Part shown: positions 9,290 to 17,765 of the stretch, piece after piece
Layout: each line of letters begins with the position of its first letter
Numbering within the stretch: the first letter of the stretch is position 1
NCBI GenBank assembly: GCA_043818055.1
Contig: JBDRGF010000147.1
Coordinates: 1 to 23,854 of the forward strand
Direction of reading: 5' to 3'
DNA length: 23,854 nt
From: Pseudomonadota bacterium
GTDB lineage: Bacteria; UBA10199; 2-02-FULL-44-16; JBDRGF01
Notes under the pieces: model-generated
What the model was told of the DNA's origin: nothing
Database searches by the model: none
Seen by the model: only the letters and a program-made list of their open reading frames with translations
Made by a program: the position numbers and the translations under genes

Positions 9290-10532
9290 TACATCAATGG
9301 ATACTATCTACAGGTTGAGCCAGGCGATGGTGCAGGTGCGCGATTTGAACGAGGCTCTTGATTCAGTCCTCGATGAAGTTGTTGAATTGCTCAATGTGTC
9401 GAAGGTCTCTGTCATGACCTACGATTCGAAAAATGATGTTTTGAAAGTTATCGCAGCCAGGGGGCTCGATCCTTCAGTGATTGAAAAGGCTCTGGTTCGA
9501 AGGGGAGAGGGGATAAGCGGCAAGGTCTTCGCCTCTTCGGAACCTATTTTGATCGAGGATATCCGTACCAGCAGTTTTGATGAGAAGGGAAAGTATAAAA
9601 CAAGATCTCTGATGTCCGCTCCTGTCACATGTTTTCCAATGAAGGTCGGAGATATTCCGCTGGGAGTGATAAATGTCACCGACAGAAATGACGGAAAATC
9701 TTTTGATGAAAAAGATATGGAACTTTTGAAGACGATCTCAAATCAGTTTGCTGTTTACCTGCATCTGGTAAATCTCGCAATTCGCGATAAGGAACATGAA
9801 CGCATGAGGGAACAGCTCGAGATCGCCCGCCAAATTCAATACCGCCTCTTGCCTCTCACCCCTCCAAAGATCGATGGTCTTGATATAGCAGGAAGGCTCA
9901 TCACCGCGGAGAGGGTCGGGGGAGATTACTACGACTGTTTTGTTCACGATGAGAGAAAATCTTCATTTGTAGTTGCGGATGTATCCGGCCACTCAGTCGG
10001 GGCGGGACTTGTGATGGCCGCATTCAGGGCCGCGCTCAAGGCGCAGCTCGACAACGTATATTCACCTTCGATTTTGATGGAACACGTGAACAAGATCCTC
10101 TTTCAGGATCTCTATCAGGCGGAGCAGTTTATAACTGTCGCTTATATACAATATCAGAAGAGCCGGCAGCAGATAGTCTGCACAGTTGCAGGTCATCCTC
10201 CGATTTTAGTATGGCGCAATCAGGAGGAGAAGTTTGTTGAGATAACGACAGACGATCCGTGCCTCGGAATTGAACCGAGTCCTATGTTTCATGAGAAGAG
10301 TGAGATTCTTTCAAAGGGCGACATAGTAGTGCTCTACACCGATGGGGCTACTGAAGTTGCAAACGCGAGGGGAGAACGCTTTGGTATGCAGAGGCTCAAA
10401 GCCTGTATCGCTGATTCGTCCGAAGTGAGCGCGAAACAGATATCCGATATCATCGTCGAAAATGTTCAGTCGTTTAGTGATCCTAATCCGCTTAAGGATG
10501 ATGTAACGGCGTTAGTGTTGAAGATAGTGTGA
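9282..10532 (+). CDS. GAF + SpoIIE/PP2C phosphatase (RsbU-like)
   Basis: GAF region (GEGISGKV...LGVINVTD); ARQIQ..LLP; VGGDYYD; VADVSGH; LYTDG; DDVTAL. ATG 9282 is preceded by GAGGGTGG and overlaps the end of the RsbW-like gene. Confidence 0.93.
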   Translation: MNNTSMDTIYRLSQAMVQVRDLNEALDSVLDEVVELLNVSKVSVMTYDSKNDVLKVIAARGLDPSVIEKALVRRGEGISGKVFASSEPILIEDIRTSSFDEKGKYKTRSLMSAPVTCFPMKVGDIPLGVINVTDRNDGKSFDEKDMELLKTISNQFAVYLHLVNLAIRDKEHERMREQLEIARQIQYRLLPLTPPKIDGLDIAGRLITAERVGGDYYDCFVHDERKSSFVVADVSGHSVGAGLVMAAFRAALKAQLDNVYSPSILMEHVNKILFQDLYQAEQFITVAYIQYQKSRQQIVCTVAGHPPILVWRNQEEKFVEITTDDPCLGIEPSPMFHEKSEILSKGDIVVLYTDGATEVANARGERFGMQRLKACIADSSEVSAKQISDIIVENVQSFSDPNPLKDDVTALVLKIV

Positions 10533-10544
10533 AAAAACAAAAGG

Positions 10545-10678
10545 CGTATGTAGCATGTGGTATGTAGAAAAACCAGAAGAGCCAAGCCCTTCCCCCTAAG
10601 GGGGAAGGTGGCCAACGGCCGGATGGGGGTGGTCTTTTTGACTACATGCTACATGCTCTGTACTACATACTGGTTTTT
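10545..10678. repeat. Composite palindromic intergenic element: inverted heptamer arrays enclosing a REP-like GC hairpin
   Basis: Left arm tatgtag-catgtgg-tatgtag (10547-10567). Right arm ctacatg-ctacatg-ctctgta-ctacata (10642-10669). Central CCTTCCCCC-taa-GGGGGAAGG (10588-10608), followed by GGCC-aac-GGCC. Confidence 0.8.
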
Positions 10679-10691
10679 AAAAGGAGATTTT

Positions 10692-11894
10692 ATGAATTAC
10701 AATGATACTCTTCAATATCTCGAGACTCTTCGACCGAAGGATTTCAGGATGGAGCTGCAGCCTATGATTCAAGCTTGCAGGGACTTTGGGAATCCTCTCA
10801 AGACGATTCCATCGATCCACATCGGCGGGACAAATGGAAAAGGCTCAACTGCCGCTTTTTGCGAATCGTTGTTGCGAGCGAGCGGATACAAGACAGGGCT
10901 TTTCACATCTCCCCATCTGATTGAAGTCACCGAACGTATTCAGATCAACCGGAGTCCGATTTCTAAGGAGGCGATGGCATCCCTTGCGACAGAGGTTCGG
11001 GATAAACTCTCATATGAAGATTTCTTAAGCTACTTCGAATTTCTGACGCTCACCGGCTTTCTTCATTTCAAATCATCGAAGATCGATGTCGCTGTCCTTG
11101 AGACGGGAATGGGGGGAAGGCTCGATGCGACAAATGTTATATCGCCGACTGTCGTCATCATCACTCCTATCTCGCTTGATCATACGAAACATCTTGGTAA
11201 CTCCGTTGTCGATATAGCCCGTGAAAAATGTGGAATTATCAAACGCGGAGTGCCGACCATATGCGCAGAACAACCTCCTGAGGTCATGAATGTCATCAAT
11301 CACGCATGCAACGATATCGGCTCGCCTCTGATCATCGCTCATCCATCCGATATCGAAACCGAGCTCGGTCTTGAAGGGGAACATCAGAAGCAGAATGCGG
11401 CCTGTGCGCTCAAGGCTGTCAACCTGATGCAGGAGTTTGGATTCAAGATCAAAGATCAAAGAAAAGCCCTGGCAAATACGAAGTGGGAAGGTCGCCTCGA
11501 GGAGGTAAGCTCGAAGCCTAAGGTAATTCTGGATGGGGCTCACAATCCATCAGGGGCCAAAGCGCTTGCGCATTATTTGAAGCTGAATTTCGATAGAACT
11601 AAAACCGTCGTGATGATGGGGATGCTGGCCGATAAGGATGTTCTGGAAGTCGTAAGGATAATCTCCGCGGTTGCCAGAGAGGTGATCTGTGTGGCACCGT
11701 CATCTTCACGCGCGTATTCTCCAAATGATCTGGCTTCAAATTTCAGATCTCACGATGTCAATGTGCATGTGGAGGAGGATATAATAGTAGCTCTCAATAA
11801 ATGGCTCTCGAAGCTCGACAAAACAGATACGCTGGTCGTGACAGGATCCATGTATCTTGTAGGTGCAGCAAAGAAATACTTTGAGGGTAAATGA
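10692..11894 (+). CDS. folC: Folylpolyglutamate synthase / dihydrofolate synthase
   Basis: IHIGGTNGKGS, FTSPHL, ETGMGGRLDATN, ISLDH, IAREKCGI, LDGAHNP, VTGSMYLVG. True start at ATG 10692 after AAGGAG; the ORF-track extension from 10557 only reads through the repeat. Confidence 0.96.
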   Translation: MNYNDTLQYLETLRPKDFRMELQPMIQACRDFGNPLKTIPSIHIGGTNGKGSTAAFCESLLRASGYKTGLFTSPHLIEVTERIQINRSPISKEAMASLATEVRDKLSYEDFLSYFEFLTLTGFLHFKSSKIDVAVLETGMGGRLDATNVISPTVVIITPISLDHTKHLGNSVVDIAREKCGIIKRGVPTICAEQPPEVMNVINHACNDIGSPLIIAHPSDIETELGLEGEHQKQNAACALKAVNLMQEFGFKIKDQRKALANTKWEGRLEEVSSKPKVILDGAHNPSGAKALAHYLKLNFDRTKTVVMMGMLADKDVLEVVRIISAVAREVICVAPSSSRAYSPNDLASNFRSHDVNVHVEEDIIVALNKWLSKLDKTDTLVVTGSMYLVGAAKKYFEGK

Positions 11895-11895
11895 G

Positions 11896-14556
11896 ATGGC
11901 TCATGCCAAAAAGAGATTTGTCCTCATCGATGGCGCGAATTATATCTTTCGCGCATATTATGCGATACGCCCGCTGACCACTTCCAAAGGATTTCCCACA
12001 AATGCGCTGTATGGCTTCACCAGAATGCTCCTCAAAATCTTTCGTGATTTGAAACCGGATTATTGGGTTGTCGTTTTCGATACAAAGGAACCGACATTTC
12101 GCGATGAGGAGTATGCCGATTACAAAGCGAATCGAAAGGAACCTCCGAGCGATCTCGTCCAGCAGTTTCCTCACTTTGAACGCCTCATCGATGCCTTTTC
12201 TATTCCAACGCTTAAAAAACCGGGCTTCGAGGCCGATGATGTTATTGCAACTCTCGTAAAAAAAGAGGCAAAGGTGGATATAGAGGTAGTCATACTCTCA
12301 GGGGACAAGGACCTGATGCAGCTCGTGACGGATGATGTGAAGATGCTCGATGAGATGCGCGATAAATGGATCGGTCCTAAAGAGGTCGTGGAGAAGCTCG
12401 GTGTCGAACCATCGCAGGTCGTAGATCTCTTGAGCCTCTCTGGGGATAGCTCAGATAATATCCCGGGTGTTTCAGGGATAGGTCGTAAGACTGCAGTGAA
12501 ACTTCTTACCGAATACAAGACACTCGATAACATTCTGAAACATTCAGGAGAGATGAAGGGGAGCTTAAGTAAAAAGATCGCCGAAGGTACTGAGTTCGCT
12601 CATCTCTCCAAAAGGCTCGCTTCGCTGCATTATGAAGTTCCTCTTGAATACGTGATGGATGATCTCAAGGCTATTCCCTTCGATCCCGATAAAGTGAGGC
12701 CGATTTTAAAGGAATTTGAGTTCACAAAACTTTTGGCTGAGCTCGCACCTCATTCCAATATCGACTTTTCATCCTACAGGATGATCACCGATCTGAAATC
12801 GCTTCGGGATTTTATTGATCTCATAAAAGAGAAAAAAATATTATCGCTCGATCTCGAAACTACATCGCTCGACGTGATGAAGGCGGACATCGTCGGGATC
12901 TCTCTCGCAGTAGAGCCGATGGTTGCAGCCTATATACCTGTCGGCCATTCGACAGGCGAACAGCTCTCTCTCTCCGATGTGTTGAGTGAGCTATCTTCAG
13001 TCCTGAAAGATTCAAAGATAAAGAAGATCGGGCAGAATCTGAATTACGATCTTTCGATCCTAAAGAGGATCGGCGTCGAAATATCCGGCGTATACTTCGA
13101 CACGATGCTCGCTTCATATCTCATCAACCCCTCATCAGAGCACAACCTTGACGCCATGGCGGAACTCTATCTCGACCATCATACGATAAAATATTCGGAT
13201 ATGGTGGGGAAGGGTAAGAAAGAGATTAACTTTGCAGATGTGGATATGATGAAGGCGAAAGATTATTCGTGTGAGGATGCGGATGTAGCATTGCGCCTCT
13301 ATGAAAAATTTTCCTCCCAGATAGAGGGTACGGTTTTGGAGAAACTTAATCGCGAAATGGAAGTCCCGCTCCTTGCGGTTTTGATCGATATGCAGCTCTC
13401 TGGGATGAAGGTGGACAAGTCTAAACTTCAATCGTTGGGCTCCGAATTTGAGCGACGTCTTGAAGTGCTTTCCAAATCTATTTTTGAGATCGTAGGGAGC
13501 GAGTTCAATATCAACTCACCCGCTCAGCTTGGCGAAGTTCTATTCTCAAAGTTGGGTCTTCCCGGAGGAAAGAGGACGAAAACCGGATATTCCACGGATC
13601 AGAGCGTACTCGAAAAGCTGGCCATCGATCATGATGTGGCTAACCTACTTCTTGAATACAGGACACTTGGAAAATTGAGAAATACATATGTCGATTCGCT
13701 TTTAAAACTCATAAATCAAAAGACAGGCAGGATTCATACCTCGTTCAATCAAACAGGTACTGCGACAGGCAGACTATCCTCATCGAAACCAAACCTGCAG
13801 AATATTCCGGTCAGGGGAGAAGAGGGAAAGAAGATCAGATCCTGTTTTATTTCGGAAGAGGGTTTTAAACTCATTTCGGCCGATTATTCCCAGATCGAAC
13901 TTCGCATATTGGCGCATATCTCTGAAAACGATCTTCTAGTTCAGGCCTTCCTCGACGGACTCGATGTGCATAGCATCACAGCCGCAGGCATTTTCGGCAT
14001 CAGGGTAGGGCAGGTGACAGATGACCAGAGGAGTGTGGGCAAGACAATCAACTTTTCGGTCCTCTACGGTCAGACCCCATTCGGTTTATCAAAACAGCTA
14101 AAAATCCCGCCTGATGAGGCAAAGGACTATATAGATAGTTATTTCAAAAAATATAAAGACGTTAAGAAGCTCAAAGATAAGGTGATCAAAGAGGCGAAAG
14201 AACGCCAATATGTCGAGACGATGTTCGGGCGCCGCAGATATATCCCAGACATCAACAGTCAAAATCAGAATCTTGTTCAAGCGGCCGAGAGGGTGGCCTT
14301 CAACACGCTCTTTCAGGGAAGTGCAGCCGACATCATGAAGATGGCGATGATAGATGTTCATAAAGGATTGCCAAAAATATCGCCAAAATCGCACATGATA
14401 ATGCAGGTGCACGACGAACTCGTGATCGAATCTCCAGAAAGGGATGTAGAAAGGGTATCCGATTTTGTGAAGGAGAGGATGGAAAATATAGTAAAACTAA
14501 AAGTCCCTCTCATCGTCGATGTCGGAGCTGCGGACAACTGGGCCAAGGCACACTAA
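11896..14556 (+). CDS. polA: DNA polymerase I with 5'-3' exonuclease, 3'-5' exonuclease and polymerase domains
   Basis: LIDG..YIFRAYY, YKANR, EADDVIAT; Exo I DLET, Exo II NLNYD, Exo III YSCED; TGRLSS, motif A DYSQIELR, motif B K.INF..LYG, motif C QVHDE. ATG 11896 lies 1 nt after the folC stop. Confidence 0.98.
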   Translation: MAHAKKRFVLIDGANYIFRAYYAIRPLTTSKGFPTNALYGFTRMLLKIFRDLKPDYWVVVFDTKEPTFRDEEYADYKANRKEPPSDLVQQFPHFERLIDAFSIPTLKKPGFEADDVIATLVKKEAKVDIEVVILSGDKDLMQLVTDDVKMLDEMRDKWIGPKEVVEKLGVEPSQVVDLLSLSGDSSDNIPGVSGIGRKTAVKLLTEYKTLDNILKHSGEMKGSLSKKIAEGTEFAHLSKRLASLHYEVPLEYVMDDLKAIPFDPDKVRPILKEFEFTKLLAELAPHSNIDFSSYRMITDLKSLRDFIDLIKEKKILSLDLETTSLDVMKADIVGISLAVEPMVAAYIPVGHSTGEQLSLSDVLSELSSVLKDSKIKKIGQNLNYDLSILKRIGVEISGVYFDTMLASYLINPSSEHNLDAMAELYLDHHTIKYSDMVGKGKKEINFADVDMMKAKDYSCEDADVALRLYEKFSSQIEGTVLEKLNREMEVPLLAVLIDMQLSGMKVDKSKLQSLGSEFERRLEVLSKSIFEIVGSEFNINSPAQLGEVLFSKLGLPGGKRTKTGYSTDQSVLEKLAIDHDVANLLLEYRTLGKLRNTYVDSLLKLINQKTGRIHTSFNQTGTATGRLSSSKPNLQNIPVRGEEGKKIRSCFISEEGFKLISADYSQIELRILAHISENDLLVQAFLDGLDVHSITAAGIFGIRVGQVTDDQRSVGKTINFSVLYGQTPFGLSKQLKIPPDEAKDYIDSYFKKYKDVKKLKDKVIKEAKERQYVETMFGRRRYIPDINSQNQNLVQAAERVAFNTLFQGSAADIMKMAMIDVHKGLPKISPKSHMIMQVHDELVIESPERDVERVSDFVKERMENIVKLKVPLIVDVGAADNWAKAH

Positions 14557-14630
14557 AAACGTACGGCATATGGCGAAAAGGATGTAAAAGTTGTATTCTG
14601 TATGTTTTTCAGAGAGTTTGTTTGATGTTT

Positions 14631-16310
14631 CTAGGGGGTCTTCGGATATTTGTTCATCAATCTCACGACTAATTTATATTTGAGTAGGTAGTTTGTTGAG
14701 TCGTTGATGTTTACGGTATCGACCAAGAATTTAATTATATCGCCGCTGATTTTATCAACAACTCTCTTTGCCTCCTCCTTTCTTCCTTGTGTGTCAAGAA
14801 GTTCTAATGTTGCTATATAGACAGCCGCAGCTTTATAATTTTCGATCCATGTTTTCTTCTCAGATGAAAGTCTTGTTTCAGCGGTTGATATCTTCATTTT
14901 ATTCAGAGAATCAATGAGTTTTTCTGCCTCCTGATAGGACTGAGTGCTGATCAAATATCTGATATATTGATAATAATGGTTGGTTCGATTCTCCAATGGT
15001 GAATTTGCGTTTTCCCTGTAATAGTTTTCAAAATGCTGATTTAGGGTTTGTGCGTCAAAATCTGAATAGATTTCACCTCCAACGATAAGGGTGAACATGT
15101 CAGAATTTCGAAATGCAAATACAGCTTCAGTCCATTCGTATCCCCGATTTATATATATTTTTTTTAGCCTCTCCTTATCATCGTATCTACCTATAAACTC
15201 AATGCATTTCAATGCATCCCTACACATGTCGTCTAAAGCGTTTACCCATCCATTTGAATGGATAAGCCCACTCTTTTTAACCAACAACTCTTCGTGGCCG
15301 ATTCTTGTTTTTAAATATCTGCTGGTATAACTATCACACTCATTGAGTTTTAATGAAAGATCTCCAAATTCACGACCACAGAAGAGATTGTCGCGTATCC
15401 ATTCATATTGTTCTGTTAACAGTTTATTATGTAGTTGTACTTCCTGACGAAAAGTCTCTGGCCAGACAATATAATGTGTGATTTTTTCAACTAAATTATG
15501 TTCTGCTGCTGACACACCGCCTACAACCTGATGCATATTTTTTCTATAATATCCTGCATAATTTTTTTCCGAAAATAAAGGCTCTCCGGTTTTGAGATTC
15601 CATCCAATTTTATAAAAGCTCGTCAACATCTCATCGGATAGAGAGGTCGCAATTCCATGGGCTATCTCATGAACAAAGAAATAATAATTTTTATATTGAT
15701 CCGTATTATTTTTAGTCAGGACAAGTCTTATGATACCATCACCTTTGCCATATGCGGCTGCAGCCGTATCTTTGCCATTATCGATAAAAGGTACGATTAA
15801 AATAGAGCTGACAATACGATCTATATTTGGAATGTTCAGTTCTGCGACCTGTTCAACTATCTTCCTTACCTTTTTTGTATAATCCTCTATAAGATGCTCT
15901 GCCTCATTTTGACTATGTGTTTTTGTCAATTCACTCAATAAATTTGGTGCTTTTTTAATCTCAATATTTTCAAAATGGGTTTGGTTTTTAGAGTCGCTCT
16001 GTCCACAATAGGCGTCATTTGGGAGTTCTGGAGCATATTGACAACTTGGAATGAGTAGTAGCGTTGCTGACAATAGTGCTATGGAGGATAGTTTAGATGT
16101 GTTCCATAAAAAATATCCAAACGGATCGAAAGCCTCTGTATATGGTGTTACGATGAATGGATTGCAACGGGGTTGTGTTTGGGATCGACTTTTCTCACTC
16201 CAAAAGAATCGTTCCTGAGGGGGGGATGCAGGCTGTCGGGGTGGATAGAACCTCTTCTGTGTGTGGATTGTGTTAGGCCTAAAACCGCCTCTATATTGTA
16301 GTGATATCAT
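14631..16310 (-). CDS. Hypothetical exported/lipoprotein-like protein with an HExxH zincin motif and a helical C-terminus
   Basis: AAGGAG RBS upstream of ATG 16310; hydrophobic stretch IALLSATLLLIPSC near residue 90; FVHEIAHG (HEIAH at 15657-15671); AT-rich. Confidence 0.75.
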   Translation of the reverse strand: MISLQYRGGFRPNTIHTQKRFYPPRQPASPPQERFFWSEKSRSQTQPRCNPFIVTPYTEAFDPFGYFLWNTSKLSSIALLSATLLLIPSCQYAPELPNDAYCGQSDSKNQTHFENIEIKKAPNLLSELTKTHSQNEAEHLIEDYTKKVRKIVEQVAELNIPNIDRIVSSILIVPFIDNGKDTAAAAYGKGDGIIRLVLTKNNTDQYKNYYFFVHEIAHGIATSLSDEMLTSFYKIGWNLKTGEPLFSEKNYAGYYRKNMHQVVGGVSAAEHNLVEKITHYIVWPETFRQEVQLHNKLLTEQYEWIRDNLFCGREFGDLSLKLNECDSYTSRYLKTRIGHEELLVKKSGLIHSNGWVNALDDMCRDALKCIEFIGRYDDKERLKKIYINRGYEWTEAVFAFRNSDMFTLIVGGEIYSDFDAQTLNQHFENYYRENANSPLENRTNHYYQYIRYLISTQSYQEAEKLIDSLNKMKISTAETRLSSEKKTWIENYKAAAVYIATLELLDTQGRKEEAKRVVDKISGDIIKFLVDTVNINDSTNYLLKYKLVVRLMNKYPKTP

Positions 16311-16334
16311 CGAATTCTCCTTTATATATATTTG

Positions 16335-16362
16335 TTATCGGCTGATGTCGGGAATTTGTTGT
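16335..16362 (-). promoter_or_regulatory. Sigma28 (FliA)-like promoter for the HExxH gene: CAAC-N15-GCCGATAA
   Basis: Perfect sigma28 -10 consensus GCCGATAA (16342-16335) about 25 nt upstream of the ATG. The -35 position holds CAAC rather than the canonical TAAA. Confidence 0.55.
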
Positions 16363-16451
16363 GTGTTGAGATGCTGAAAAATATTAATAAATTAAATGGA
16401 ATAAAGGATGTTTTGCTTATAGCTTAAAACTTACAGCTAAAAGCTGCATTT

Positions 16452-17462
16452 TTACTCTTTTTCCTGAAACTGGAACTGCATGACGATATCGCCCAACTGG
16501 ATTTCGTCGTTGTGGAGCAGGATGTGTTCGTCGATCCTCTCGTTATTGACGAAGGTGCCGTTTGAGCTGTTGAGATCGCGCAGGATATACTGGCCACCCT
16601 CAAATTTGATCTGCGCATGCTGTCTTGAAATTTTGGGATCGTGAATGCAAATCGTGTTGCTCTTTCCCCTTCCAAAGGTGAGCGTCTGTTTGATCGGATA
16701 GACGGCGCCGGCCTCTTCACCATTTATGATGATGATCCTGGGAGGATGTTTTCCCTTCGATTCTTTCGGTTCATTGGCCACATCTACCTTGGCTGTCGGC
16801 TGCGTCTCCTCGCGTATTTTGGACTCTGATGTTTCGTCGGAACCAGCGAAATAGTTATCCTGGGGCTCTTCGTCGATCAGAAATTCCTCCTCGGGAGCAG
16901 AAGGTTCCTCTTTCACTTCAACTTTTGCAGTAACGTCTTTAACCTCTTTTATCTGTTTTTGACGGGGTGGCGCTTTGACTGCTCCCGCTTCTTCTATTAT
17001 CTCCATCTCTTCCGAGAATATCTCCTGATATCTTTCTATATTCGAATTCACTGCCGTGAGGAGGGTCTCAAATTTATTGATCTTCTCCTTCTTCTCGCGC
17101 GCGCCTTTTTGGAATTCTGTAGCTTTGAACTCGCCAAGGGAATTTCTGAACTCGAGTTCCTCGAGCGCATGTTTTTGTTCCTCGAGCTGAGATTCAATTT
17201 TTTCTTTCGTGCTGGTGAGCGTTTCGATTTCAGATTCGATATCCCTTTGCTTCTCCATAAGTTCCGTTGTGAATTGTTGCAACTGATTCTGATAATCAGA
17301 TTTCACCTTGGCATAGACCTGGCTGGATACCTTATCCTTTTGATCTTCAATCTTAACAAGGCGGTCTTTTATCAGCTGCCAACGCTCCTTGATCTTGGTT
17401 GAATCAGCTAAAAGCTTTTCATTGATAGGAAATTTTGCTTCTTGCTCGCTCTTTTCTTCCAT
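16452..17462 (-). CDS. Coiled-coil protein with an acidic linker and a C-terminal FHA domain
   Basis: FHA signatures TFGR, ISRQHA, DLNSSNGTFVN, GD. The N-terminal ~150 aa are E/K/Q-rich and heptad-like. AGGAGAG RBS precedes ATG 17462. Confidence 0.9.
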   Translation of the reverse strand: MEEKSEQEAKFPINEKLLADSTKIKERWQLIKDRLVKIEDQKDKVSSQVYAKVKSDYQNQLQQFTTELMEKQRDIESEIETLTSTKEKIESQLEEQKHALEELEFRNSLGEFKATEFQKGAREKKEKINKFETLLTAVNSNIERYQEIFSEEMEIIEEAGAVKAPPRQKQIKEVKDVTAKVEVKEEPSAPEEEFLIDEEPQDNYFAGSDETSESKIREETQPTAKVDVANEPKESKGKHPPRIIIINGEEAGAVYPIKQTLTFGRGKSNTICIHDPKISRQHAQIKFEGGQYILRDLNSSNGTFVNNERIDEHILLHNDEIQLGDIVMQFQFQEKE

Positions 17463-17502
17463 TTTTATCTCTCCTAAGCTCATGAGTTTTGAAAGGAGCG
17501 CT

Positions 17503-17531
17503 ATATTAGATCAGAGTTGGCCGCGGGTCAA
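17503..17531 (-). promoter_or_regulatory. Putative sigma70 promoter of the FHA gene
   Basis: Minus strand TTGACC-N17-TAATAT, about 40 nt upstream of ATG 17462. Confidence 0.55.
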
Positions 17532-17548
17532 TGGTTAGAATTAAATGG

Positions 17549-17584
17549 AAACAAAAAGCCCTTCCACACTATTGTAGAAGGGCT
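17549..17584 (-). terminator. Rho-independent terminator on the minus strand
   Basis: AGCCCUUCUACA-AUAG-UGUGGAAGGGCU followed by UUUUGUUU. The 12-bp stem has one U-G wobble that pairs only in the minus orientation. Confidence 0.8.
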
Positions 17585-17607
17585 CAAAAGGGGGGTAAGT
17601 ATTTCAC
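17549..17607 (-). ncRNA. Candidate ~60-nt small RNA with a C-rich seed
   Basis: Bounded by a CAAC-N16-ACCGATAC promoter-like motif upstream and the intrinsic terminator; no credible ORF. The 5' end is estimated. Confidence 0.5.
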
Positions 17608-17612
17608 TTATA

Positions 17613-17641
17613 GTATCGGTAGAGCCACACCCCAAAGTTGC
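17613..17641 (-). promoter_or_regulatory. Sigma28-like promoter GCAAC-N16-ACCGATAC
   Basis: Same CAAC...CCGATA layout as the motif at 16335-16362. Confidence 0.45.
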
Positions 17642-17765
17642 GTCCCTTAAAGAAAAATGTTGGTTTACAGTATAACTACTTGTAATTAAAAGATAATATT
17701 AAGAATAATAACTGATATTTTAGCTCTTTCTGATGCAAAAACAGTGTAAAAATAATAAAGTCTTT

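Noticed and set aside
10545..10678. CRISPR array or known riboswitch (e.g. THF) upstream of folC
   Set aside because: No repeat-spacer periodicity, no cas genes, and no aptamer consensus that I can recognise.
10557..10691. 45-aa N-terminal extension of FolC in the ORF track
   Set aside because: It translates the palindromic repeat; the AAGGAG RBS and FolC homology start at 10692.
11896..14556. Intein or inactivated proofreading domain in PolA
   Set aside because: Length is normal (~886 aa) and the Exo I-III acidic residues are present.
14557..14630. Possible sigma54 promoter or terminator after polA
   Set aside because: TGGC is present but there is no correctly spaced TTGC and no stable hairpin; the region lies between convergent genes.
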